From the NCBI GenBank assembly GCA_965261545.1, contig CBDHDF010000007.1:352001-416000 (forward strand): a DNA stretch of 64,000 nt. Direction: 5' to 3'. Each line of letters begins with the position of its first letter. Position 1 is the stretch's first letter. The notes under the pieces were generated by a model. That model was not told the origin of the DNA, searched no databases, and saw only the letters and a program-made list of their open reading frames with translations. The translations under genes and the position numbers were made by a program. Positions 20,998 through 31,024 of this stretch are shown here, in pieces. Origin of the DNA: Bdellovibrionales bacterium. Its GTDB lineage: Bacteria; Bdellovibrionota; Bdellovibrionia; Bdellovibrionales; UBA1609.

Positions 20998-21324
20998 GGG
21001 ATAAACCTTATGCTGATGGTTTCGCTGACTGGTGTTTGGACCTGGGAAGATAGCGAAAAGACACATCTTTTCCATGAGCCGCTGAATCCTCTTGCGGTTG
21101 ACCCCATGGCCATTAAGTCTTAAGTGAGCTGCCATTTTACGGCTCCCATAAAAAGGGGTCTCCAAGTACTGTTTGTCAATTAAACTCATCAGTTTTAAGT
21201 TGTAGGCACTCTCAGGTATGGGCTTGTAGTACAAGGCTCCCTTAGAGAGTCCTAGCAACTCACATTGGCGAGTGACACAAATATTTGGATGTTTCCAATT
21301 GATAGCGGCTTTTTTCTCAGGCAT
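20998..21324 (-). pseudogene. IS3 OrfB N-terminal fragment
   Basis: RQCELLGLS, PFYGSRKM, NRKRIQRLM, VYPYL; interrupted by D. Confidence 0.85.
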
Positions 21325-21607
21325 TGAAGCTCTCAGATTTTTTTTTTAACCAATCATTTTCAACCTTTAACTGCCCTATTTGCCGATACAATTCATCAAT
21401 GGTTTTTCTTTGTTCTTCTACCTCGTTGTTGTCCTTTTTTTTGCTCGCTAAGGCCTTAGGAATGGCTTCAATAGCTTGCTTCTTCCAATCTTGGATTTGG
21501 ATGCGGTGAACTCCATGCTTGGAGGCCAACTCTGCCATTGTGTCAGTCTCACGAATGGCGTCAAGTGCGACTCTGGCCTTAAATTGTGCGCTGTGTTTCT
21601 TTCTCAT
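21317..21607 (-). CDS. IS3 OrfA (HTH) with A-run frameshift window
   Basis: [15 protein letters not shown]...WLKKKS; A10 run at 21338-21347 on the minus strand. Confidence 0.9.
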   Translation of the reverse strand: MRKKHSAQFKARVALDAIRETDTMAELASKHGVHRIQIQDWKKQAIEAIPKALASKKKDNNEVEEQRKTIDELYRQIGQLKVENDWLKKKSESFNA

Positions 21608-21623
21608 TATCCCCTCCTATGAG

Positions 21624-24177
21624 CAATGGCATTCGTTTAGTGAGAGATCCCATTCGGTTAAGGATTTGAACCTCTAACTCCTCGGGGGTGGGCTAACCCC
21701 AAGTTTTTTTCTTTGATCCATGTGATTATCCGTTGGCCATAGCCCCCCTAACCTCTTTACTGGGTCTCCATACTCCGATGGGTTTTCTAGAAACTCGGTC
21801 GTAATGCCTATTCGGACGTAGCCTTTGTCGGCAGGTCTTCATATTTGTAATGATGCAATTGAGGGTTTTACTAAGCACTACCTTTTGTTGAAGAAAAAGA
21901 CCTTCAATATTTCTTGCAATTGTCAGTAAATTGTTTTTAAAGTTTGTCTGCATGGTTTGTTTTTTACTATGGGATTGAGATGTATTAAGACGGTCTTCCG
22001 TGTAGTTGGAAAATAATCTTGTCAGAGTGATAAGTGTGAAGTGTGCAAACAATTCTTGTTTGACTCCCCTTTCACTTTGAGAATGAAACTCTTCAATGGT
22101 CATCAGTTCTTTGGATATTTTGTACAGTTCCTCTATACTCCAGCGTCCATGATAGAGATTGGCCAGATCATCAATGGAATATTTTTTTTGATCCATTAAG
22201 GTTGTTCCTAGAACAAAAGTAGTTTGTCCAATTTTATATTTGACCAAACGCAAAGCGTAGGCTTTGAAGTCGTCTTGTGGCTTTTTTTTATGTAGTTCTT
22301 TCAGAATTTGCTTGCTAGGAATGACTTGGATCACTGAGTCTTTTTGATCATTATTAATAAATTCATCAAAAACAGTGTTGGCATTTCTCCTTATCCTAAA
22401 CACCGCATGCAGACTTCGCACCTTATGCTCATGAAGCATTTCGTAGGAATAATAGCCACGATCATAAACCACAACATCGTTTTCAAACAATTTTTTGAAA
22501 TGAGTTTGTGCAGCCTTTCTCTCATTGTTATGGGCAAAGAGATCAAAATCCACAGGAATCTTCGACTGTAGTTGGTACAGGCAACTGACAAGACCTTGAG
22601 GGTACCATGCTTTTTCCCATGGTTGCTGATACCCATTATCTACGAGTTGACGTGGTAAATTTATTTTCGATCCATCCACTGCGAAAACCTTATGGCCCTT
22701 CCATAAGGTACTAGAATTGGATATACCGTCTTGTTTAAGAATTTCATCATGCAAAACTTTAAATATATTTTCATCTACTTTAGCCCGTGCACTACACATA
22801 GTGGATGCCCGAACTGGTTTAGGTTGAGGGAGTTCAATGTCTAATATGCGACACTGCTCCCAAAGTTCAATCAAAGTTGTATCATAACCTTGTTTTCCTT
22901 TAGAGAAAACAAGTCGGAAGATGAAAAGTATAATCAACAATGTATTCAAGACACGTTGACGCTTTTGCCAGGTTCGGTCGTACTCATCTGCAATGATAAC
23001 CACTGTCTTGATGATGTTTTGCCAAAGATGCACAAAAGAGTCCTCTAGCATAGGCTCAGCCAAGTTCTTATGTGGCTTGATGGTGGGTTTCCCGACGGGT
23101 TTCTTGATAGCGCATTGGGGGCCATTCAATAAGATAGACTGATAATTCTTTGTCAGAGGTTGAACATAAACACCTTTTTGAGTTTTTCCCTTTACATTTT
23201 TGTAGGCACGACTCCCATTTGTTTTGCCCAAATAAAGCCAGTTGGCAGCACGATAGCTCGTGGCATTAAATTTGGTAAGGTCGACAAAAGTCTCCATGAG
23301 TACAGGTTTGAAAGCATGTTTTAACTCCCAGTCTGTGGGAAGTTGGCGAGTTGCCATAGATAAAGCCATCGAAGCAAGATGGCGAACCTTTACCCAGGGA
23401 AAGATCAAAAATCGACTATTGTTCACCACTAAATTCAAGTGCTTTTTGTAAGCTCGATTTTGCCAACCGATCCATTCATCACGGCAAGGCAAAGTGGATG
23501 TGCCAGCTTCAAATAAAAGACAACCCAATCTTCGCCCACAATTATCTAAGATGAAATAGCGTAAGTGGGGACCAAAGGGACGTCTGTAATTGAGATAATG
23601 ATGCCGATCGACAACTTCATTCCATTCCTTAATGGCCTCTTGATCAGTTACGATTTGCAAAGAAAGTGGGGTCAATGAGTCTAGTTTATCGTTGATGAGA
23701 GGCTTTTCATCTGTTCGGTGTGTCCAAGTGATTTTTTTGGAGGGGACACTCCGCTTTGACATGTCTTTTTCTGGCAGGGATAGAATGTCAAGTTCCTCTA
23801 GCGTCTCAAGCATACGAAGGCACGATTGGATGCGATGATCACCTTTGGGAGTTAGCCAACCAAGATGTTCACAAACTGTATAACCCAGTTCACGGCGACT
23901 TAAAGAAGGAAATAGCGCCACCGTCTTTTGAATGTCGGCAATTTGCTTGCGCGTCAAGCGTCTTCCAAAAAAAGTTGTTGAAGGCAATGTCTCTATGCGT
24001 GGGTCCATTTGAGTCTCTCCCCTTTGGGAATGGTTCAAATATAATGTGACACAACGATGGGGTGGACTCAAGTATTTTTTTTCGGAAAAAGAAAAAAGAT
24101 AAAAGCCCCCTTAACTCAGTATGTTAGAGGGAGTCAGAAAAATGTGGAAAAACCTTCTGCAAAAACGAATGCCATTG
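21624..24177 (-). mobile_element. IS4-family element C, copy 2
   Basis: Same IRs as copy 1; its own 10-bp DR CTCCTATGAG at 21614-21623 and 24178-24187. Confidence 0.9.
21726..24071 (-). CDS. DUF4338-IS4 fusion transposase, copy 2
   Basis: Same protein as 16132-18477 except one visible S/P change (QVISSK vs QVIPSK). Confidence 0.85.
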   Translation of the reverse strand: MSPPHRCVTLYLNHSQRGETQMDPRIETLPSTTFFGRRLTRKQIADIQKTVALFPSLSRRELGYTVCEHLGWLTPKGDHRIQSCLRMLETLEELDILSLPEKDMSKRSVPSKKITWTHRTDEKPLINDKLDSLTPLSLQIVTDQEAIKEWNEVVDRHHYLNYRRPFGPHLRYFILDNCGRRLGCLLFEAGTSTLPCRDEWIGWQNRAYKKHLNLVVNNSRFLIFPWVKVRHLASMALSMATRQLPTDWELKHAFKPVLMETFVDLTKFNATSYRAANWLYLGKTNGSRAYKNVKGKTQKGVYVQPLTKNYQSILLNGPQCAIKKPVGKPTIKPHKNLAEPMLEDSFVHLWQNIIKTVVIIADEYDRTWQKRQRVLNTLLIILFIFRLVFSKGKQGYDTTLIELWEQCRILDIELPQPKPVRASTMCSARAKVDENIFKVLHDEILKQDGISNSSTLWKGHKVFAVDGSKINLPRQLVDNGYQQPWEKAWYPQGLVSCLYQLQSKIPVDFDLFAHNNERKAAQTHFKKLFENDVVVYDRGYYSYEMLHEHKVRSLHAVFRIRRNANTVFDEFINNDQKDSVIQVIPSKQILKELHKKKPQDDFKAYALRLVKYKIGQTTFVLGTTLMDQKKYSIDDLANLYHGRWSIEELYKISKELMTIEEFHSQSERGVKQELFAHFTLITLTRLFSNYTEDRLNTSQSHSKKQTMQTNFKNNLLTIARNIEGLFLQQKVVLSKTLNCIITNMKTCRQRLRPNRHYDRVSRKPIGVWRPSKEVRGAMANG

Positions 24178-24246
24178 CTCCTATGAGGGGCTTTTTACCC
24201 GCTGCGGTGTAACTTAGCAACCAGTCTGTTTTTGGGGTCCACTATA

Positions 24247-25299
24247 CTTGGCTCCTCTTTTCGATGACTTTTTGCTGAAATGACTTTCTCAACTCCACGA
24301 ACCCTAATGTCACTTAAAGCTGCATCTACAAAAAATGAGCAAGCCTGCTCCAAAGAAGCTGTTGAATACCGTTTTCTTAGATTGAGTATCCCCTGAACAC
24401 GACGAAGATACATAAGCGGATGGCGAGGCTCTTTGATAAGCCGCTCGGCAACTTTGTGAATGCTTTCTCCAAGGCTTGATGCCTCTTTAAGTACATTTTG
24501 TGGCGTTTGCTCTAAAATGGCCCGGTGGGACTCAGGGAGATGAGATTTTGTCGTAAAGTAGCGTCCTCGACTTCCCTGGGGGATGTGATGTATCGCCACC
24601 CGCTCTAATTCTGAATAAACCTCCAAGCATTGTTGGCTAATACGAATATCTAACTTCTTGCCGCGATGCTTATAAGGAACAGAGTAAAAATTGTAGTTAT
24701 ATTGAATGTGACAATCCGGATGAACCTTGGAATGCTTCCAGAATCCACTCTCATAGCGTCTTTCAGGAAGAGGATTCAATTTTGACTTCTCAAAAGATTC
24801 AAACTTCTGTCGACGACTCAACCCATACTTTTTTTGAATACGATCATTGAAAATAGCTGCCAAATGCTTCAACTCAGCGTTGATGTCTGCTAGAGAATAC
24901 ATTTGCCGCTCTCTTATCTGGGGCCAAGACCAGCGCCAAAAGACTCCAAGGGTATTTTCGATAAGACTCTTGTCTTTGGGGCGAGATGGCCTCATCGCCA
25001 AAGGAGCCACATTGTAGTGATCACACAAGAGGTGAAACTCAGAGTTAATATCGGGGTCATAAGTATCAGCTCTTGTCACTTGAACCTTTGCGTTATCAAA
25101 AGCAATGGTTCCGGTCACACCACCAAAAAACTCAAAACCAGAAGCTATGGAGGAAAAAACATCTTCCCGCTGCTCTGTTAATGTGGCGCATGGAAAGAAA
25201 AACTGACTCGATGGAAGTATCATTCCAAATAATCGACATGGGATGAACTCCCCAGTCTTGGCATCTGTATAGCCAAAACAAGAGTCTTTTCCCTTATAG
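24247..25299 (-). pseudogene. Internal fragment of IS21 element E istA
   Basis: Reverse complement of ~50847-51899; cut by the IS3 end on one side and the IS1634 G end on the other. Confidence 0.9.
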
Positions 25300-25458
25300 C
25301 CTGAATTCTACAAAAATGGTAACAAGGATTCTGGCCTAAGGTCCTGACATTGTGAAGCGACGGCTGGGATTAATATTTGTACTTACATTGAACGCCTTCA
25401 AAATATCTTTTTGCTTTTTTGACACTTCACCAAGTATGGGAGTGCCTGTGGCTAGCTC

Positions 25459-27357
25459 CCTGAAATCCCTAAAAGTTGTAACTAGGTTTAATGTATTGCG
25501 TTAACTTTCCTCTCTTCCTATGGAATTGGCTGCTGTCAACGGTTTGAGAGGTTTAATAGTATTAATATATTTAATATGATTCATAAGAATTTGCTGCGAA
25601 AGGTCCTCTTCGTCCCCATTGGATAGATGAGGCATAGTGGTAGCCACAGCCACCGTCACATTTGAAACAGATAAAAAACATCATTTTGTCTTGGGAAGCC
25701 CATCTATTTGGAAGGCTGAAAAAATATCCTTTTGTTTTTTAGACAGCTCTCCAAGCATCAGATCACCTGTAGCTAATTCATAAAATTTTAATCGGTCCAT
25801 CATTTTGTAAATTTCTATTTTAGACATTTTTTTATATAACTTCTTATCTTTCATAACAGTATCAATATGTGAAATTAAAATTAAAGAGAGAAAATTAATA
25901 AAGATGCTTCCCCTCATATTCATGAGAGAATGAACTCGACTTCTCCTTCCATTAATATCATGCTTGAATGAGAAAAATACTTTCTCAATGATATCTTTGT
26001 TTCGATATAAACTCAATATATTTGTTTTCTTTAAATCATGACTATTTGTAATTAATATCATAATACCCAGCGTAGAAGATTCTTCATTAATATTTTCTTC
26101 ATTTAAAGAAATCTTAAATGGAGTGCAATCAGAGATATTGAGAAACCTTTTTTTATTTCCTAAAGTTTCTTTCATATAGGAACTAGCTTGTTCTTCTGAT
26201 TTCAAATCTTTCTCAAGAAAGAGTTTCATAAAATCAAGCAACTCTTTCATTAACACAGATTCCTCATAAACCCTTCTTTCTTTGTCTAAGAAAATATGAG
26301 CCGTACAATCAAATCCTCCGATTTTTATTGATTCTTTGCAATGCGAATAAATTTCCTCATTAAAAGTAAAAGAGCATGATGGAGATTTTATTTTCTCATT
26401 TAAAGCCACAGCAAGCTCTCTTGAGAGTTTTGTTCTAAAACTCATGGGTATCAAATACTTCAATTCCTTACGATGCAGTCCCTTAATATTTTCTACACTA
26501 GAAAAACCCTTATCCATAACTAAACAATCTAAATCTAATTTATAACTTGTTATGATCTCAATAATATTCGATAAAGTTTTGACATCCGGTATACTTCCAG
26601 GATAGATTCTGTACGCTATAGGCGTATGAGTTTTATTGTCTTCAGATTTCCTACTTATCAGACCTAAGTTTATTTGTTCGAGATTCTCTCCATCTCTGTT
26701 GTAACCTTTCTCTAAAAATTCATTATTCATAGAGTAGGAAGAAAAGGATGTGATGTCAAACATTACCGTACCAGAACCCTTCACTTGATTTATCCATTCG
26801 CTAAAGAAAGATTCTATCTTTTTTTGATCTCTCCCAAGATCACATAAGAGATTGCTTATTTTTTGTGACGACATAAAATTTTTCTTTGAAACATAAGCTT
26901 CTTGACACCACATATCGTAAAGATAAAAGGGCTCTCTTTTGATTATTTTAAAAAAAGCTAAATGCAAATAATGTTCGTAATTATCTGGATAAATTTTAGA
27001 CAATGTTTTTAGAAGATTTAGTTGTTCGCATATTTTCTCTAAGAAAAATAAGGCTCCCACATTATAGGAGCCTATGGGAATCTTTTTTCTTTTGGTCTTA
27101 ATTTGACCTGTAAACTCATCCTTTCTTCCAAGGTAGATGCGTTTTTGCCTGGCCTGCTTTTTTTCCTTGTCCCAAAAGCTTTCAACTTTATAGACATAGG
27201 TTTTTCCCTTATTTTTTTGCTCAAAAGTGTATGACATCGTTAATATTGTAACTATGCTTTTGAAGAGATGACAATCTCTTAATCAAAGTGAAGGCCTTCT
27301 CAGACAATAATCAGGACTTAAGTCCTACACCTAGTTACAACTTTTAGGGATTTCAGG
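25459..27357 (-). mobile_element. IS1634-family element H, copy 1
   Basis: IR CCTGAAATCCCTAAAAGTTGTAACTAGGT; 6-bp DR TAGCTC. Confidence 0.9.
25681..27237 (-). CDS. IS1634-family transposase
   Basis: 518 aa; FDITSFSSY, GYNRDGENLEQINLG, VMDKGF, YRNKDIIEKVF. Confidence 0.9.
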   Translation of the reverse strand: MSYTFEQKNKGKTYVYKVESFWDKEKKQARQKRIYLGRKDEFTGQIKTKRKKIPIGSYNVGALFFLEKICEQLNLLKTLSKIYPDNYEHYLHLAFFKIIKREPFYLYDMWCQEAYVSKKNFMSSQKISNLLCDLGRDQKKIESFFSEWINQVKGSGTVMFDITSFSSYSMNNEFLEKGYNRDGENLEQINLGLISRKSEDNKTHTPIAYRIYPGSIPDVKTLSNIIEIITSYKLDLDCLVMDKGFSSVENIKGLHRKELKYLIPMSFRTKLSRELAVALNEKIKSPSCSFTFNEEIYSHCKESIKIGGFDCTAHIFLDKERRVYEESVLMKELLDFMKLFLEKDLKSEEQASSYMKETLGNKKRFLNISDCTPFKISLNEENINEESSTLGIMILITNSHDLKKTNILSLYRNKDIIEKVFFSFKHDINGRRSRVHSLMNMRGSIFINFLSLILISHIDTVMKDKKLYKKMSKIEIYKMMDRLKFYELATGDLMLGELSKKQKDIFSAFQIDGLPKTK

Positions 27358-28068
27358 TAGCTCATACAACTTGAGACGGTCTAATATCTTATAAAGTTCG
27401 GCTTTTGTCATTTTTTTGTATAGCTCATTTTTCTTCATCACATGATCAACCCATGTAATCAAAATTAAAGAGATAAAATTAATGAAAATACTTCCTCTCA
27501 TTGCGATCAACGAATGTGTCCTATTTCTTTTCTCATCTATGTCATGCTTAAAAGCACGAAAAACCTTTTCTACACAATCTTTTCTTCTATATAATCTTAA
27601 AATTTCATCCCGATCCATTTGAATGTTATTAGTGATGAGAATCAAGCAGCCCATCTTTATCATCTCATCTCGAAAAACATTGAGGTTTCTCTCAATTACA
27701 AATTTATTCTCGGATTCTTCAATGAAAAAAAAATTTTTCTTAGTTTTTAATGTCTCTTTCAAATAAAGAGATGCATCATCCTTACTTGAAAAATTTTTTT
27801 CTAAAAAAAGATTTTCTAAATCTGATATCTTTCTTATAAAAATAGACTCCTGATCAGACCGCCTCTTACCTTCTAAAAAAACATGAGCCATACAACTTTC
27901 ACTTCCAATTTCTATTTCTTTCTTAGAGTAGGAGTATACTTGCTCATAGCCCCGATGGGCGGATCAAAACCATCCATTTGTGGGCTAACAAAACCATCCA
28001 TTTAAAAACTTAATATCTGACAAGGCGTATTATAGAATACTTCCTAGAAAACAACCTGGGAGGGAAGG

Positions 28069-30330
28069 ATGAACGTCTTGAATAAACAAAAACAAGAAGA
28101 GATATTAACATTAATTATAGCAGGTCGCTCCTTTCGTGAAATAGCGAAAAGGCTACATGTCAGTCGATTTACAGTTTCAGAATATGCTAAAGCCCATAGT
28201 GTCATTGCGAAAAAAGGGCGCACAGGAGGTGTGGAGCCAAAGTCTCTACCTTTTTCAGGTCCCCCTGAAGCAGAACCATCATCTTCAGGGTCCCTTGAGG
28301 TTTGCTCTGTAGAGTCTTCAAGTGCTTCTGTAATCCAGATCCAAGAGCCCGATGAAGTTTCGGTTTCCTCTACAGAGGCCAATCAGCGGACACTCCTTGG
28401 GGAATCAGGCCTAACACCAGTAGAATCTCATTCAGCACCCCCTGTGGAGCCATGCTCAACTTCTTTGGCCGTGTCTGATTTGGTTAGCATGGGCCCCAGT
28501 GTTTGCCAAAAGCCCCCATCTCCAACCACCACCATGGTGGAAACGAATTTAGCTGCTCCTACAGAAACTGGATCCACCGACTGTGTAGCTCATTTAATCG
28601 AACGAGACAAGCCAGTTCCACCCTCACCTATGGATACAAAGCAGGCTTTTGCCAATGAAAAGCCACCTACTCTTTCTTCTTCGGAATTAGGTTTTGTTGT
28701 CCCCATGGAAGTAACAAAACCCTTTGAGACAGCACCACCTGAATTGAAAAAGTCTCTTACTGACCAGGCTTCCCCAAAGCACCCTCAACGATCTTCCTAC
28801 CATCAGTCGGCTTGTGAGCCCCACAGGGCTTGGATTGAAAATCAGGCTTTGAACTTAGAGCGCAATCGAATGGCCATCTACCAAGATTTAGTGGAGAAAT
28901 TTGGTTTTTCTCACTCCTACGACAGCGTGAAAAAATTTGTAAGGAAGCTGAAGAAGAGTACTCCCAAACGCTATGATCGCTTGGATTTTCCCCCCGGAGA
29001 GGAAGCCCAAGTGGATTATGGCCAAGGGGCTCTGACTGTTCACCCCCGGACAGGCAAATATAGGCGGCCTCGCCTTTTTGTGATGACCCTCAAGTACTCT
29101 CGTGCCTCTTTTCGCAAGGTTGTTTGGAAGTCCAGCCAAGAGACGTGGAGCAGACTCCATGAGGAGGCTTTTCATTATTTTTTGGGCTGCCCTCAATATG
29201 TCGTCTTAGACAATCTCAAGGAAGGTGTTATTAAGCCAGATATCTATGAGCCAACGCTGAACGCCGTTTATGGCGCTGTACTGACTCACTACGGGGTCGT
29301 TGCTGACCCGGCAAGAGTTCGTGATCCTGATAGGAAAGGAACCGTTGAGCACGCCATTCACCACACCCAAGACACAGCACTGAAGGGTCGTTCATTTAAA
29401 ACCATTGAGGAGCAAAATGAGTGGCTCATGCACTGGGAGCACACTTGGGCTCGCCCTCGGGTCCATGGTCGCACCAAGCGAGTCGTTTCTGAGATGTTTG
29501 AAGAAGAGAGCCCCTTTCTCAAAAAGCTCCCCCAAAAGAAATTTGATTTTTTTAAACAAGAGATACGAACAGTTGCAGACGATGGGCTCATTCAAGTGGG
29601 AAACAGTTACTATTGCGCCTACCCTTCTGATCTAAAGAGCCAAGTCATTGTGCGTATTTATGATAAAGACATAGAGATTATGGACCCTGCTACGATGAGT
29701 GTTATCCGCCGCCACCAAAAAGCCACTCTCCCGGGGAGTCTCTCTTTGCTAGACAAAGATCGTGTTTATAATCCATCTCGCCATGTAGAAAATATTTTAG
29801 CTGATGCGGGTCAGATTGGCCCTCAAACAAAAGCTTTTTGTCAGTCATTACTCAGGGTGGATGAGAGAGTTGGAAACAGGCAGATGCGTGGGGTGGTGTC
29901 CTTGGCTAAAAAATATCACTCTGATCTTATTGAAAAAGCAGCCATTCAGGCTGTGAGCAGAGGGGTCTTATCTCTTAGGGTCTTTAAAAGGCTTGTTGAG
30001 GAACTACAGCCCCCTGTGGATGAGAAAAAGATGGAATCCCACCTCACCCAAGACCACGACATCATTCGAGCACCATCCGAGTATGCCATCTACTGGGATT
30101 TACATGCCAACAACGAAATCTACCACTCACCCTTACACCCTCAGCCTAACACCAACACACACAGAACCAACAAAACTTCCAAGAGACCTTCTCATTGCTC
30201 TTACAGGATGAAAAGGATTTCAAGAAAAGCAAAAAATGTGAGAGACTCCTCAAAGCATCCAAGCTCACGGAAAAGTCCACCCTCACCGGCTTTGATTGGA
30301 ATTTTAACCCAAAAATACCCAAGCCAATGA
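28069..30330 (+). CDS. istA: IS21 transposase IstA with long low-complexity insertion
   Basis: N-terminal HTH, about 200 aa P/S/T-rich stretch, PGEEAQVDYG, VLDNLKEGV, KGTVEHAI. Confidence 0.85.
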   Translation: MNVLNKQKQEEILTLIIAGRSFREIAKRLHVSRFTVSEYAKAHSVIAKKGRTGGVEPKSLPFSGPPEAEPSSSGSLEVCSVESSSASVIQIQEPDEVSVSSTEANQRTLLGESGLTPVESHSAPPVEPCSTSLAVSDLVSMGPSVCQKPPSPTTTMVETNLAAPTETGSTDCVAHLIERDKPVPPSPMDTKQAFANEKPPTLSSSELGFVVPMEVTKPFETAPPELKKSLTDQASPKHPQRSSYHQSACEPHRAWIENQALNLERNRMAIYQDLVEKFGFSHSYDSVKKFVRKLKKSTPKRYDRLDFPPGEEAQVDYGQGALTVHPRTGKYRRPRLFVMTLKYSRASFRKVVWKSSQETWSRLHEEAFHYFLGCPQYVVLDNLKEGVIKPDIYEPTLNAVYGAVLTHYGVVADPARVRDPDRKGTVEHAIHHTQDTALKGRSFKTIEEQNEWLMHWEHTWARPRVHGRTKRVVSEMFEEESPFLKKLPQKKFDFFKQEIRTVADDGLIQVGNSYYCAYPSDLKSQVIVRIYDKDIEIMDPATMSVIRRHQKATLPGSLSLLDKDRVYNPSRHVENILADAGQIGPQTKAFCQSLLRVDERVGNRQMRGVVSLAKKYHSDLIEKAAIQAVSRGVLSLRVFKRLVEELQPPVDEKKMESHLTQDHDIIRAPSEYAIYWDLHANNEIYHSPLHPQPNTNTHRTNKTSKRPSHCSYRMKRISRKAKNVRDSSKHPSSRKSPPSPALIGILTQKYPSQ

Positions 30331-30836
30331 TCTTGGAATTAATGAACTTGAAGTTCATCAAGCAGGGGGAGGGAGCCTTGCTTATTGGCTCCCCTGGAAC
30401 TGGAAAAAGCCACATTGCAAAAGCTATAGCCACCAAGGTCTGTTCCATATCAAATTACAAGGTTTTGTATCAAGAAGCTCACAAGCTCTTTGAAAATCTC
30501 TTTGAGGCCAGGCAGCTGGGGCGCAGAAAGAGGTTCTACACCCAACTCATCCATGTGGACCTGTTGATCATTGATGATCTTTTTCTTAGAAAGCGCATTC
30601 CGCCAGAGGCTTGCGATGACTTCCAGGAAATCATTCTGGATCGATACTCAGCGAGAAAAAGCACTCTTATTACCTCCAATCGCATTATTGAGGACTGGGG
30701 AAAGTGTTTGGGCGATAATACCGTGGCCTCTGCCATCCTGGATCGCCTTCTCCACTGCAGCCAACTATTAAAATTTGAGGGAAAAAGCTACCGATTGAAG
30801 GAAGCTTCAAACCGACTTGTCAAGATAAAAAATTAA
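30195..30836 (+). CDS. istB: IS21 helper AAA+ ATPase IstB (short N-terminus)
   Basis: Walker A GSPGTGKSH, Walker B LLIIDD, ITSN, AILDRLLH. Confidence 0.85.
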   Translation: MLLQDEKDFKKSKKCERLLKASKLTEKSTLTGFDWNFNPKIPKPMILELMNLKFIKQGEGALLIGSPGTGKSHIAKAIATKVCSISNYKVLYQEAHKLFENLFEARQLGRRKRFYTQLIHVDLLIIDDLFLRKRIPPEACDDFQEIILDRYSARKSTLITSNRIIEDWGKCLGDNTVASAILDRLLHCSQLLKFEGKSYRLKEASNRLVKIKN

Positions 30837-31024
30837 ATGTAGGGTGAGCCCATCTTGTCAGATCACCCTAAATGGATGGTTTTGTTAGCCCACAAATGGA
30901 TGGTTTTGTCCGCCCCTCCGGGCTCATAGAAAGCAAATAATGATCCAGGAGATAATAACTTGTCATGCAAGTCAAATAAAATTTCTTTAGATTTCTGAGT
31001 GCTGAAGCTCATAGGAACTATATA

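Larger units (their letters stand above)
11985..24246 (-). mobile_element. IS3-family element (~1.28 kb) expanded to 12.3 kb by five insertions
   Basis: IRs TGAGGTGGACCCCAA / TATAGTGGACCCCAA. Own segments: 11985-12487, 15937-16025, 18590-18592, 20998-21623, 24188-24246. No flanking DR. Confidence 0.85.
27950..30922 (+). mobile_element. IS21-family element I with CCC...GGG termini
   Basis: 7-bp DR CTCATAG (empty site in G copy 2 near 37750); paired CAAAACCATCCATTT repeats at both ends; istA-istB. Confidence 0.85.

Noticed and set aside
16026..24177. Inverted C copies as a composite transposon
   Set aside because: Each copy has its own DR and the intervening IS3 is colinear, so these are independent insertions.
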